From NCBI RefSeq assembly GCF_964188315.1, contig NC_135662.1, positions 7,378,001 to 7,442,000 on the forward strand: a stretch of DNA of 64,000 nt, written 5' to 3'. This document shows, piece after piece, positions 48,880 through 60,271 of this stretch; positions within the stretch are counted from its first letter, which is position 1; each line of letters begins with the position of its first letter. Under the pieces are notes generated by a model, which worked only from the letters and a program-made list of their open reading frames with translations, did no database searches and was not told the origin of the DNA. The position numbers and the translations under genes were made by a program. Origin of the DNA: Podarcis muralis. Taxonomy: Eukaryota.

Positions 48880-49395
48880 TTCATGATTGGCTGTGGGCGT
48901 ACCTTTCATCTGTTACTCATGCATCTACCAGCATATTCTTCTGCTGTTGTATCATCATTGTTCTGGGTTTTGTCTAACCTGCTTTCTGGAATGACGCTTC
49001 TACTTCATCAGGGTCCAATGATCATTAGCATTGTGAACTTTCTGGGTTTCCCCCCTCCCTTTACGTTTGGCTCCATGCCGACCCCCTTCATCAAGATCTG
49101 CTGTAGCTCACACAGATGTCAGCCACCAAAGGTGCACACAGATTTCTTGACCGCTCTCCTCTTCTTCATTATATTTGCCATTCAGCATCATTGACCCAAG
49201 AATATATTACTTGGTTGGGAGAGACAATCTAGGGAGCTCTTGAAGGATGTGCTTGGAAGGATGTTCAAGGATGAAGCAGGTGCTATTGAAGGGAACCAGC
49301 TGGATGTTGCAAAAATGGTGGTGAAGCCCAGGCAAATACAGTCACAAATTCTACCTAATGAACTGACTAAGGGAGAGGCAATGATTAGACAATGA
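48880..49395 (+). pseudogene. Decayed MRGPR pseudogene (3' half)
   Basis: SAVVSSLFWVLS, FIKICCSSHRCQPPK...LTALLFFIIFAI, IYYLVG...ELLKDVLGRMFKDE remnants. Confidence 0.65.
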
Positions 49396-49593
49396 CATCT
49401 GATGGCTCTGTCCGTTTGTGGTAGGCATGTGATAAACTAATCAGTGAACCCATGTGTAGCTACTCTATTCAAGATAATACTATAACAGTTGACGACAAGT
49501 ATTTGAAATGGTCTTTTTGTGTTTTGATTCAGTGAGCATGCCTTATGGTCAGAAAGCTGATCAGAGGATGGTGTTGAGATTCCTTTAATTGCT

Positions 49594-49637
<44 letters not shown>

Positions 49638-51860
49638 TTATACCCTGCCCATCTGGTGCACATGCTTCCCTTATCTTTCACCTGCAGGTCTTGTGATTAG
49701 TGTCTGAAGGACACTGACCTGGCAACCAGCCAAGTAGGTCACTGTGACCTGGTAACTGGCCATGGATGTGGTCATTCTTAGGTCTATTAAGAGGGGTCTG
49801 TACGTTGCCTGCTTGCTTCGCAAATTAATACTGAATTCTGTGCTGTATGTATGCTGTGAGTTGTACTTGCTTTGCATTTGAAGCCTGTACCTTCTACTAG
49901 GGATCCAGGGGAAGTCTATATATAGTGAAATTGCCTTAATGTTTTGGAGCTGTCAGTAAAGGACTGAACTGACTGAAGAGTTGGGGTCTGACTGAATGTC
50001 TGCCAGCACAAAACTACACTGCTACAAACCTACATGCTTGGGGAGCTGCACGTTTGGCAAAAAAAGACAACAGATGAATGTTTAGGGAGATGATAGCTTG
50101 TACAGTGCCTCCTCTCTTCCAACTAATACCTATTAAGCTAATGTGAAGTCATTTTGCATATGTAAACTATATGCCTGGACAGAGAAAATTATGAGGTCCT
50201 TGCCAGAAATGAGAAGAAGTTGGCGTATTCTGGGACATTACTGTGATTTGAACTTCAGTGTGTGTCTTTTCCCAATAAAAAGGTGAACACAGCAATTTCT
50301 CACATGAACAGACTCTCCAGGTTAGAGAACAAAGCTCTCCAGTGGAGTTAACTATAACCTGCAATTCTAAGCACACTCGTAAAGGAGTCTCCCCATGAAA
50401 TGTGATTAGGATTGCATTGCATGAGAGAACTGTGACAAATATCCCCACTTCTGCTGGTTCCAGTGACATTAGAACAGGCCCTACAGCATACCTGATTTTC
50501 CCTACTCCAATTGAACTTGTTGAAATGGGAATAAAAGGTATTTTGGTAACATCCTTTGGAGACAGGCCAGGCCTGCATACCAGACTTGTACATCACTACT
50601 CCCCATTCACAATCTTGAAACACAATGCTTATGTAAAGAAAACATTGTATTGGCTTGGTTTAACCAATCCAGCTTTATGGATTAATTTTAAAGGTGATAT
50701 ATATATTGAATACTGTTTTTGACATAGATACTTTTAGTATGCACAGATACAAATTATTGTATCATTTAGTTTTTGATAATACTTTTCTTTTGAAGAAAAA
50801 GCTGCCACAGAGTCCCAATCCATAGCATGCTTCGTATATCATCAGGTCCCCATCTGCCACATTCTGGATTAGTTGTAGTTTCCAGGTCTCCAAAGGCATT
50901 GTTTCCTGTTTAGTTTGACCATCAAATCAAATATAATGGCAGATGAAGTTAGATAATTTCCATTAAAAGAACAACCCCCCAACCCATAATTAAGATCCTT
51001 ACTTTATAATCTTTTCTATTACTTTGTTTTTCCAACTTGGTGACCACCATGTTTTGTACTACAACTCCCAACAGTCCCATCCGGCACACCCAGATGGGAG
51101 TTGTAGTCCAAAGCATCTGGAGGGCACCAGATTGGGCTAGGCTTGCTTCAAATCGTACTATCTCAAAACATGTCCACAAGTTCTCTTCTGTCCTACATGC
51201 TTCCCTTGGGTTGCAGTCTGATAAACAGTCTCAACAGTTGGCCTAGATAGCATCTTTGAGGAGGGGTAAGCAAAGATGGTGTAACCAGAAGTCAAATTCA
51301 TATGCATATGGAAAGTTGTGCCTCTTCTTTGCTTCACCAAAACCCTTTTAATTCTTCTTGAAGCTGCAGCGGGTGAGTATTGCCAAAAACTTAATCTCTT
51401 TCCAGTGTTACTTTTTTTTAAAAAGTTATAAACTTTGCAAATTGCCACTTACTTGCAAATTAAGTCCTATTTAGTTCAATGAGACTTCCATGAGTAGACT
51501 GGGATATTATGGTTTAGTGTCCTAAGTGCACTTACTATGCATAGTAAGTTCCCACCAAGTTAAGTAGAACTTGTTAATTGAAACTTACTTCTGAGTAGAC
51601 GTGCTTAGGAAGCCATCTATAGATATTATTCAGAAGGCATTTGGGAGTGTTATTTTTAATCTTTTAAAAAACAAATGTTTACCTTTTTATGTGACTGCTC
51701 AAGGCAGTGTATGCAATGAACTTGAAACAGTTCGAAATGTTAAAAACATCATGGAAAATCACCTAAATGTGATTTTCATTTTCACAAGAATATGAGCTTC
51801 TTATTTTCCTCAGATTCATAAGCCACAATTCAGGGCTTTGAATATATTTTGTTCTAAATA

Positions 51861-52105
51861 GAAGAAGAAGAGTTTGGATTTGATATCCCGCCTTTCACTC
51901 CCTTTAAGGAGTCTCAAAGCGGCTAACAATTTCCTTTCCCTTCCTCCACCACAACAAACACCCTGTGAGGTGAGTGGGGCTGAGAGACTTCAGAGAAGTG
52001 TGACTGGCCCAAGGTCACCCAGCAGCTGCATGTGGAGGAGCGGAGACGCGAACCCGGTTCCCCTGATTACGAGACTAGCGCTCTTAACCACTACACCACG
52101 CTGGC
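51861..52105 (-). mobile_element. Squam3-like SINE in the 5'-UTR intron of the 52396 pseudogene
   Basis: Reverse complement of the family consensus seen elsewhere in this window. Confidence 0.9.
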
Positions 52106-52395
52106 TCTCATGTTATGTTCATGTGTAATGTTATTTTGTTATTCCTCCTAAATAGTTCTTAATTATGGTTTGAGTGAGCAGACATAAATGGGGTTATGAG
52201 TGACTGCCTTGGGATAAGCCCTGGAGAGTATGTTTGGAGAAACTTCAGTTAAGGAAAAAGATATGTTGCTATGCATTAGGTATGTGTTTTAACTGGTCTT
52301 TAGTGATGATTTCTTATGATCTTCATCCTTTCTGCTTGCAGCAGTTGTGTAAGTAAAGGAAAAATCAGGTAGAATCCAAAGGAAGAGATTTCATC

Positions 52396-53731
52396 ATGAC
52401 AGAGCTGAGCACAGGAACATCGCTTGTTTTAACACACACTACTGATGGGATCTATGGAAAATTCAGCCCTTCAACATTCCCAGAAGATGATTTTGAATTT
52501 GAGCTTTCTTCCTTCATAGACTGCCTACTGCTCTTTGGTATTCTCATCATCCTTATAATATTTATATGTGGTCTGGTGGGGAATGCAATCGTCATCTATT
52601 TTCTCTGCTTCATTTTTAAGAAGAACCCCATCACCACCTACATCTTGAACTTGGCTGTTGCTGATGCTTGTGTCCTTGTTTCTGCAGTAGTTTTCGCTTT
52701 CTCTTTGAATAAAAGTGATCCTAATTCCCTAGACTCCATATCGCATGCTCTGCTTTTTTACACATATACCACGAGCGGATATCTCCTGACAGCCATCAGT
52801 GTTGAGAAGTGTCTCTTGGTTGTCTTCCCAATCTGGTACAGATGCCACCGTCCAGAACACCTGTCTGCAATTGTTTGTGCATTAATAAGGGCAATGTCCA
52901 GTCTATTCTTCGGAACTGATTTCTTTCAAATACAATCTACCATAACTTTTCAAGTCATTTCCACAATCAACTCTGTATTTTGCCCAATTGTTGTAGTCAT
53001 CTGTACTGTGATCCTTTTCACCAAGGTCTGCTGCAGTTTTCATCGACGCCCATGAGGAAAGTTCTACACAGCCCTCTTCCTTGCTCTTCTTTTCTTCTTT
53101 ATTTTCGGTGTACCATTCAGTGCCCTGATGACCCTTCTAGCTTTTCAGCTGATTGACATTCAAAGCATGTTATGGGAACCGCTAATATGTATGGCATGTG
53201 CTATTATCAACAGCAGTGTTAATCCATTCCTTTACTTCCTAATTGGAAGGGGAAAGAAACTTCGACCCACAGAACCCTTGAAGGTAGTGCTGGAAAGAGT
53301 ACAGTGGTGCCTCGCAAGACGAAATTAATTTGTTCCGCGAGTTTTTTCGTCTTGCGATTTTTTCGTCTTGCGAAGCACGGTTTCGGAAAAGTTTTGGAAA
53401 AGCTTCAAAAATACCAAAGTCTTCAAAACCCCCCAAAAAGGCTACCACACCGCGTGCTATGAGTTGCTCCTCGAAGTCAAGTCGCAACTGTATTAACGGT
53501 TTTAAGAAAAAGGAAACAAACTTGCAAGACGTTTCCATCTTGTGAAGCAAGCCCATAGGGAAAATCGTCTTGCGAAGCAATTCAAAAAACCAAAAACCCT
53601 TTCGTCTTGCAAGTTTTCCATCTTGCGAGGCATCCGCCTTGCGAGGTACCACTGTATTTAGTGACAAAGCTGATTGCACAGAGGATCAGAATCCTCCAGC
53701 TATGACAGATTCAATGATGATGACTTCTTAA
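52396..53731 (+). pseudogene. MRGPR pseudogene, inverted paralog of 42498/45168
   Basis: Same subfamily motifs (SVEKCL); CGA>TGA stop at 53053-53055; TM4 W>R; MITE insertion at 53302-53654; C-terminal FSDKADC...MMMTS* resumes after the MITE. Confidence 0.92.
53302..53654. mobile_element. Tc1/mariner-type MITE inserted in the MRGPR C-tail
   Basis: CAGTGGTGCCTCGCAAG / CTTGCGAGGTACCACTG TIRs, TA duplication. Confidence 0.95.
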
Positions 53732-54429
53732 ATCTCCCCTTGTAAGCTATGCTGTGGGGATGACATAAGCGATAACCAAATGCAATATTCGCTTCTGGAA
53801 AAGCTTCCACAGATCCAGTTTTTCTGCAGAACTCAATGCATATTTTAATTATGGATGTTGATTTTCAAAAATGTTTGCCTCATTGGATTTTACACTTACA
53901 ATTTGCTTAGAAGCTAATACGGGAATTAAGGGGCATATACATCTATTTTTACTTTATTCCATTTAGTTGGATAATGCGTTCTATGGGCTTCTTATTTTGG
54001 TTTTTAAATGCAAAACTAATCTGGGCATTGGGTGGCATATAAATTAATAAATGACAACAATTCCAGGCTGTTCCCTCACTTCAAGAAGTGAAGCTACAGG
54101 GAACTAGGCAGAGGGCCTTCTTGGTAGTAGTGTAAACTGTTTAATTATTATTTGCTGGTATTTAATTTTGAATTTTACTATTATATTCAAATGGATTATT
54201 GAATATTGCTATATTTGGTGTAGGTTGTTTATTTTAAAATTATGTTTTTATTATCACTTTCTGTATTGGATCAGATTATTATTAGGTGTGTGATAGATTT
54301 GCTGTCTATTTTGTTGTTTCTTCAGCTTGTAAACCATCCTGTGTATAGCAATATAGAAAAGTGGTATACAAATTAAAAGTGAAATGAAAACTCATACCAG
54401 CTCCCTAGGCCTGGCATCTTCTCCACTCA

Positions 54430-54795
54430 TCATCCTCTGCCCAGCATACCTGAAGGAACATCTCCACGTCCATCGTTCAGCCCGTACACTGAGGTCCAAC
54501 TCCGAGGGCCTTCTGCCGGTTTCCTCCCTGCAAGAAGTGAGGTTACAGGGAACTAGGCAGAGGGCCTTCTCGGAAGTGGCGCCCGCCCTGTGGAACACCC
54601 TCCCATCAGATGTCAAGGAAATAAACAACTATCTGACTTTTAGAAGACATCTGAAGGCAACCCTGTTTAGGGAAGTTTTTCATGTTTGATGTTTTATTGT
54701 GCTTTTAATATTCTGTTGGGAGCCGCCCAGAGTGGCTGGGGAAACCAAGCAAGAAGAGTGGGGTAGAAATAAATGATGATGATGATGATGATGAT
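54430..54795 (+). mobile_element. L2 3' fragment
   Basis: YLKEHLHVHRSARTLRSNSEG, L2 3' end, (GAT)n tail. Confidence 0.9.
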
Positions 54796-55610
54796 TATTC
54801 TCCTTGTCACTCATGTGCCATTTGCTTTCTCAGTATCCTTCCTATGATTTCTAATCTGATCAGGGTTTCTGCCGTTTGCCTGGATACTTCTATGGAGGAG
54901 AAGCAGAAGTAGTGCTGCTTATTGACTAATGAAGCAAACCTATGAACAAGATGGCCTGAAGCAAATTGGTGTAATTTAAGCTGGTGTCAAGTTACAATAG
55001 ATCCAAACCCTGTTCCAAACCCTGTTCAGCAGCAGTAGGTGCAAATCCCCCAAAATGGATGGTGGGTGGGATTGTGCTATAACTAAAAGAAATAATTGAT
55101 AGGTGGTGGTTGTTTTTTAAGTAGCGACCAAGCAGCTATCAATAACACAAATCCTGTGTTCTAAACTGCATCTTCCAATTTAATTAGTTCAAAGCTTACT
55201 TAATTCCAAAGTAGATAGCAGTTAAACCTAAGGATCAAGGAGGGATCTTCTGAAAAGGATCCTGTGGACTCAGGGAGAGAGTTTGGAAAAGTGTACGGAA
55301 TGCATGAGGCTCAGAGGTCTCCAAATGGAAAATGAATTCAGGTTAAAAAAAATAAAAAAATGAATGTGCCTAAAATTGTAGTGAAGTTGGAGTCTTACAC
55401 AGGAATAAACAGAAAATAAAAATAAAATGGATTTTGGGAAATATCAAAACATCTGAGGGAAAACCATGCATCAACCCAAAACCCAAGTATCTAGGCCCAA
55501 AAGAGCGTCTTAGAACAAACTGACCAGGATGATTTTTTTAAAAAGTGAAAGAGGGAGATGCTTAAAGCAGGAAAATTGATATTTGTGTGTCCAAGAAAGA
55601 CATTCAGGCT

Positions 55611-55611
<1 letters not shown>

Positions 55612-55654
<43 letters not shown>

Positions 55655-55750
55655 AATAATTTATTTACACCCCACCCATCTTGCTGGCTTTCCCCAGCCA
55701 CTCTGGGTGGCTCCCAACAGAATATTAAAAATACAATAAAACATCAAAGG
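55612..55750 (-). mobile_element. L2 3' end with (AAT)n tail
   Basis: ccccagccactctgggtggctcccaacag antisense L2 terminus. Confidence 0.85.
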
Positions 55751-56710
55751 TCTTTCAGAAGCTACAGTGTCTTTCACCAATGTTTGCTTCCTTTCCACTC
55801 CATTCACTTTTTTGGGTCTAACATGCATTGAGACACCCCAGATCTCCAAAGAAATTTTTTTGCCACCTGAGTCTTTAGTAGAAGACATGAACTTTAGTGG
55901 CATCTCTGTGTGAAGCTGTGACACTCAACCTACCACTGCACCAAAGCTGTTTGAAGCAGACTCCATGCAGAGGCATCGTAGAGTAATAATAGTAGTAGTA
56001 GTAGTAGTAGTAGAGTAGAGCCTCATCCACAAACTTCCTTAGGACCTGATGTGTGTTGAAGAGGTCTGCCATTGGGGAATTTCTGCTTGCATTTTGATGG
56101 CCTTCTGTATTCTTCCTACTGAGTGATTTAATTCAGATTGAGGTTCTTGGGGTGCATTCCAAGCCTCTGGTGCACTTGCCTCTTACCAAGGAGTGACCCT
56201 ATAGTCCCCCCATTGGAAAAGAGCTTCCTTTTGTGCCTGAAAATATAATAGTGGGTAGAACTATTATCCAGAGGGCTTCCCAGGCTTCCTGGAGACAGAA
56301 ATGAGCTGAGATACAAAGGGACCTGGTGGATTCTGAACTGACACTATAGTCAACACTAGTTGGGATTGGGCCTGATCACGATATAGCTGCAAGTGGTTTA
56401 GCCTAGAGCAAGCTTGTGCCTGCCCCATGGCTGCCACCTCAGGCAGCATGAGCAAGGGGCTGTAGTTATGGTGGTGGCTATGTCATGCTATGATGTCCCA
56501 CTGCTGTCTATTGCCCGGAACTCCAGTCAACATTATAATGGGGGAGGCACTGAGAAAGAAGATTTAGCACAACCCTTTAGATTTTATAGGGGTGGAGAAG
56601 TTTGTGCTCAAGCATAAATCTGTTTCCTTTGGAAAGGGTTCCTCTTTCCAAAGGAAATAATTCAACTCAGAACTCCTAGTCTAAATCTCATTCTTTGGAC
56701 AATATGTAGA

Positions 56711-56988
56711 GGTAAAGGTAAAGGGCCCCTGGACAGTTACGTCCAGTCAAAAGTGGCTATGGGGTGCAGCACTCATCTCGCTTTGCAGGATAAGGGAGTC
56801 ACCGTTTGTCCACAGACAGCTTTCTGGGACATGTGCCCAGCATGACTAAACTTCTTCTGTTGCAACAGAACACTGTGACGAGGGCCAGAGCCCACAGAAA
56901 CACCTTTTACCTTTTTCCTGCAGCGATACCGATTTATTTGCTTTTGAACTGCTAGATTGGCAGACGCTGGGATGGAGCAATAGGAGCA
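56711..56988 (-). mobile_element. Diverged Sauria SINE lacking its 5' head
   Basis: ggtaaaggtaaaggg tail, Sauria body, abuts MRGPR sequence directly. Confidence 0.75.
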
Positions 56989-57447
56989 TTTAAAAAGGGT
57001 AAAGTGAATTCCAGAAAGAAGGAAACAAAAGGTCCATACCAGGGCACAGATAATGGTGGATAAATGTGTTGGACTGTAGCATTGATGCCAAAGTGGGAAG
57101 AGAACAGCCACAGAAGTATCATTGCTGATGGCTGTCAGTAGAAGCTGGCCAACAGAATATGTGAAGAAAAATAGTTCAAATAATAATATTTTAATCACGT
57201 GAACAGAATAAAATTCCCCATAGAGAGTTACAACAGGCAAAATAATACTGAGGAGAGCTGTAAAGACACCAAAGTCATCTATGGAGAGGTTCAGGATGCA
57301 GGTGGTGAAAGGATTCTTCTCAATGTGGAAGCCCAGAAGGTGGATGACTCTTCCATTCCCCAGGAAGCCAAATATGCTGATAATGATAGGGATGCTGTTG
57401 ACAATGCTTAGGGTTAACTTCAAGGAAGCCGGCAACTCAATGTCCAT
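56989..57447 (-). pseudogene. 3'-truncated MRGPR pseudogene (TM1-TM4), paralog of 58868
   Basis: SLKLTLS...GFLGNG...HIEKNPFTTCILNLSIDDFG...AISNDTSVAVLFPLWHQC; ends at the SINE junction after TM4. Confidence 0.9.
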
Positions 57448-57699
57448 ATATAAAAAAACTCTTCCCTGGAAGAGATCAGAAGAAATCAGTTCCTGATGTG
57501 CCCCACAGCTGCCACCACAGTCAGGATGAGCAAGGGGCTGTAGGTATGGTGGTGGCTATCAGTGGTGGATCTACATTTTGGGGGCCCTGAAGCTCGAATT
57601 GCTACAGGACCCCCTTTGCAACTGGCAATAAGGTCCAAGTAACTATTGTTATCTTCTTCAATGGGGTTCCACAACAGATCAGCATATCTTTATAACATT

Positions 57700-58300
57700 C
57701 GTGCTACAGACTCTCAAACTTTGGGGTTGTTGAAATAGATACAACAAAAAATTAATCAATTTGAATCATGCCACTCAAAATGAGTTTACTAGATCCACAT
57801 CATACCTCTCCTCCCTTTCGACAGTTGCCCATAGACTGGCCTTCACCAAAGCGAGGTTCAACGTTTTTCCCTCCAATGTCCTGAGACATAGATTCTCAAA
57901 GGGCCAAGCCCCCGCCATGTGCGAATGTGATAAGGTGACGCCGGAGTCGCTCCAGCACATTATGTTCACTTGCCCCTTGTTCAATGTGCCACGGGCAAAT
58001 TTGTTGGGATCAATCATACAGAAACTAGAGGGTACCCCACCAAAATTCCACCTTGCCCAAATCTTGCAGGATAAGGATTCCCACACGACCCTGAAAGTGG
58101 CTAGGTTCCTGGTCCTTTCCCAAAAGCGATGCCAAGGAGCACTACAAGCTAATTAAGGCATAGCATGCCTTTCCATCTTATAGTATTTTATTGTTATAGT
58201 GGTGTTTTAGCGACTGTTTTTTTTCCCCACGGCACAAGCTGTCACTTATGTGTTGTTTTTACCTGTATGGGCCTATGGCCGTAATAAATGAAATGAATGA
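57700..58300 (+). mobile_element. Non-LTR retrotransposon 3' end with C-terminal CCHC motif (clade not assigned)
   Basis: RLAFTKARFNVFPSNVL...CECDKVTPESLQHIMFTCP; ends aataaatgaaatgaatga. Confidence 0.7.
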
Positions 58301-58604
58301 TCCACAGTTTTAAGCCATGTGGACTAAAGTTGCTTCTGGGTTGGCTGTAACTCCAAAAAACATTATGACTCTTGTTCATGGAGAGAGAAGCCCAACCCAT
58401 TGGACAATACAGTATAGGGTTGAAGAAATCTATGCTCACACATATTTTCCATCCAATCTCCATCTTCACAATAGTGCTCTTTCCAAAGCAAACATTAAAA
58501 TGCAGAACTCCTAAAGTGAAACTCCTGCTTTCGACAATAGAAAGACAATACAAGAAGACATTCAGACAACAGATTATTGTCTATACATCATGTTGATCAT
58601 GATA

Positions 58605-58841
58605 CAGTGGCACCTCTGGTTATGAACGCTTCTGGTTACGAATGCTTCAGGTTACGAACTCCGCAAACCCACAAGTAGCTGCTCCTGGTTGTAAACTTTG
58701 CCCCAGGATGTGAACGGGAAGCGCTTGCTGGAGGCGTGCGTGCAGCGGGAGGCCCCAGACAGAGCGCCTCAGGATAAGAAGGGTTTCAGCTTAAGAATGG
58801 ACCTCCAGAAAAAATTAAGTTCGTAACCAGAGGTACCACTG
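58605..58841. mobile_element. Tc1/mariner (pogo/Tigger-like) MITE
   Basis: CAGTGGCACCTC / GAGGTACCACTG TIRs, TA flanks. Confidence 0.9.
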
Positions 58842-58867
58842 TAATACAGAAGTTGACATTTCTTGTC

Positions 58868-59849
58868 TTAAGCCTTCAAGGGAGCCATCGTAACTGAGTG
58901 TTCAGTTCCAGACTTGGACTCTTCCAAAACTGAGTTTTCAGTTCTGGACTCTGACTGTTCCACACAGTCTTCCTCATCCTTGAAAATCCTCTGGAGTGCA
59001 GCTTTCATGGAGACCCTGGACTGGCCCTTTTTCTGTCTCCTCCCAACTAGGAAATAGATCAGCGGGTTGACACTACTATTCAGAGAGGCACACACAAAAC
59101 CAAATTCCATTAGAATCATATTGTTCTCATTAAAATAGATGGCAGTGTAAATGGCATTTAGTGGGAAAGCAAAGATGAGGAAGAAAAGAAGTGCAAGCAA
59201 AATGGTGGTGAGCAGCTTCCCGCGTTGATTCTGCTCTGATTTGCAACAGACTTTGAGGGCCAGTATCAGAGTGGAGGTGACCATCAGAGGAGTGCAAATG
59301 AGGGCATTTACAATAAGCTGGTACACTAGGTTAGAGTCTGGAAAGCTCTGAGTCAGTAGGAGAGTAAGGTGAATGCCTGAGAGCAGGAAAGAGAGGGTCC
59401 ATATCAGGGCACAAATAATGGTGGATAAACGTGCCGGTCGGTGGCATCGATGCCAAAGTGGGAAGAGGACAGCCACAGACCTGTCGATGCTGATGGCGGT
59501 CAGTAGAAACTGGCCCGCAGAATACGTGAAGAAAAACAGTTCATATAATACTTTTCTAATCAAAACAGCAACATGAGATTTCTCATAGAAAGTTACAACA
59601 GGCAAAATAATAGTCAGGAGAGCTGCAAGGACACCAAAGTCAGCGATGGAGAGGTTCAGGATGTAGGTGGTGAAAGGATTCCTCTTAATGTGGAAGCCCA
59701 GAAGCCGGATGACCATTCCATTCCCCAGGAAGCCAAAGATGCAGATGATGATAAAGACACTGTTGGCAATGCTTTGGGTTAACTTCAATGAAACAGTTGA
59801 GCCATCATCTGAATCTCCAGAAGAGTGATTTGGCTCTTCATTCTCTATC
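58868..59849 (-). CDS. Mas-related GPCR (MRGPR-like); intact 7TM exon, start codon probably in an upstream exon
   Basis: GFLGNG, HIKRNPFTTYILNLSIAD, SIDRSVAV, WHRCHRP, NSSVNPLIYFLVG; ctcttccag acceptor at 59850-59851; no in-frame ATG before TM1. Confidence 0.88.
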
Positions 59850-60043
59850 CTGGAAGAGATAACAGGAAATCTTTTTTTGATATACACTAACTATAGCATT
59901 AACTATCATCAAAAGTTAGGATTATCCAATTGCAAAGAGATAATTTGATTTTCTTCTTGTCTAGATCAACACCTGTGTAGCTAAGGCACTACACAGTTTT
60001 TGTGAGTCTTCAAAATAAGCTGGTTGGTAGCTTTTCAATTTTT

Positions 60044-60271
60044 AAAAAAACATTTTTTATTGGTTTTCTTTTCTCGTAAGACATATTTAATGTCATCATT
60101 TAACATCCATTTTCTAGTTCCCCCCTCCCTGTTGACTTCCCCCAGCTTCCACTTCTGGTTTATTACACCAAATGTTACATTCTGCTTTTTATACCTAATG
60201 TTCTGTTATCACTAATTGTATTTCTTGTTCTCTGTAAATAAAGTTGTAAATGTTTATTTAAATCCTACCAA
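60044..60271 (-). mobile_element. L1 3'-UTR insertion
   Basis: ttttttattgg antisense tail, 16-bp TSD TAGCTTTTCAATTTTT at 60028-60043 and 60272-60287. Confidence 0.8.
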
